Positions 63,964 to 64,000 of a DNA stretch of 64,000 nt are shown here, piece by piece. The stretch is from contig NC_058368.1 in assembly GCF_018350175.1 (NCBI RefSeq), forward strand, positions 109,370,001 to 109,434,000. Reading direction: 5' to 3'. Under the pieces are notes generated by a model. The model searched no databases. It had not been told where the DNA came from and saw only the letters and a program-made list of their open reading frames with translations. How positions within the stretch are numbered: position 1 is the first letter of the stretch; every line of letters starts with the position of its first letter. The translations under genes were made by a program, and so were the position numbers. Source of the DNA: Felis catus (Eukaryota).

Positions 63964-64000
63964 CTATATGAGTCATTTATTTGCAACAATCACTTTAGGG

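Overview
Mammalian genomic DNA from a felid, most likely domestic cat (dense tRNA-derived Can-SINEs; the IL-4 protein is of the feline type). The window is the core of the Th2 cytokine locus. It holds IL13 (+, 4 exons, 23786-25959, about 130 aa), IL4 (+, 4 exons, 38431-47135, 133 aa) and the last eight coding exons plus a long 3' UTR of KIF3A (-, converging on IL4). Recognisable regulatory blocks are a CpG island/CGRE upstream of IL13, CNS-1 between the cytokines, the IL4 P-element promoter, the IL4 intron-2 enhancer and CNS-2/HS V, plus candidate HS IV and HS VA. The first ~21 kb is almost entirely decayed transposons. I see no new gene system or prokaryote-type feature. The most interesting unexplained signal is a chain of three mutually compatible minus-strand exons with a poly(A) signal running through the IL4 3' enhancers. 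Other points are tandem NAGNAG acceptors in IL13, a locally duplicated NFAT core in the IL4 promoter, an odd cysteine count in IL-4, and inverted SINE pairs in IL4 intron 2. Repeat family names and cross-species comparisons come from recall, not from searches; repeat boundaries are approximate.
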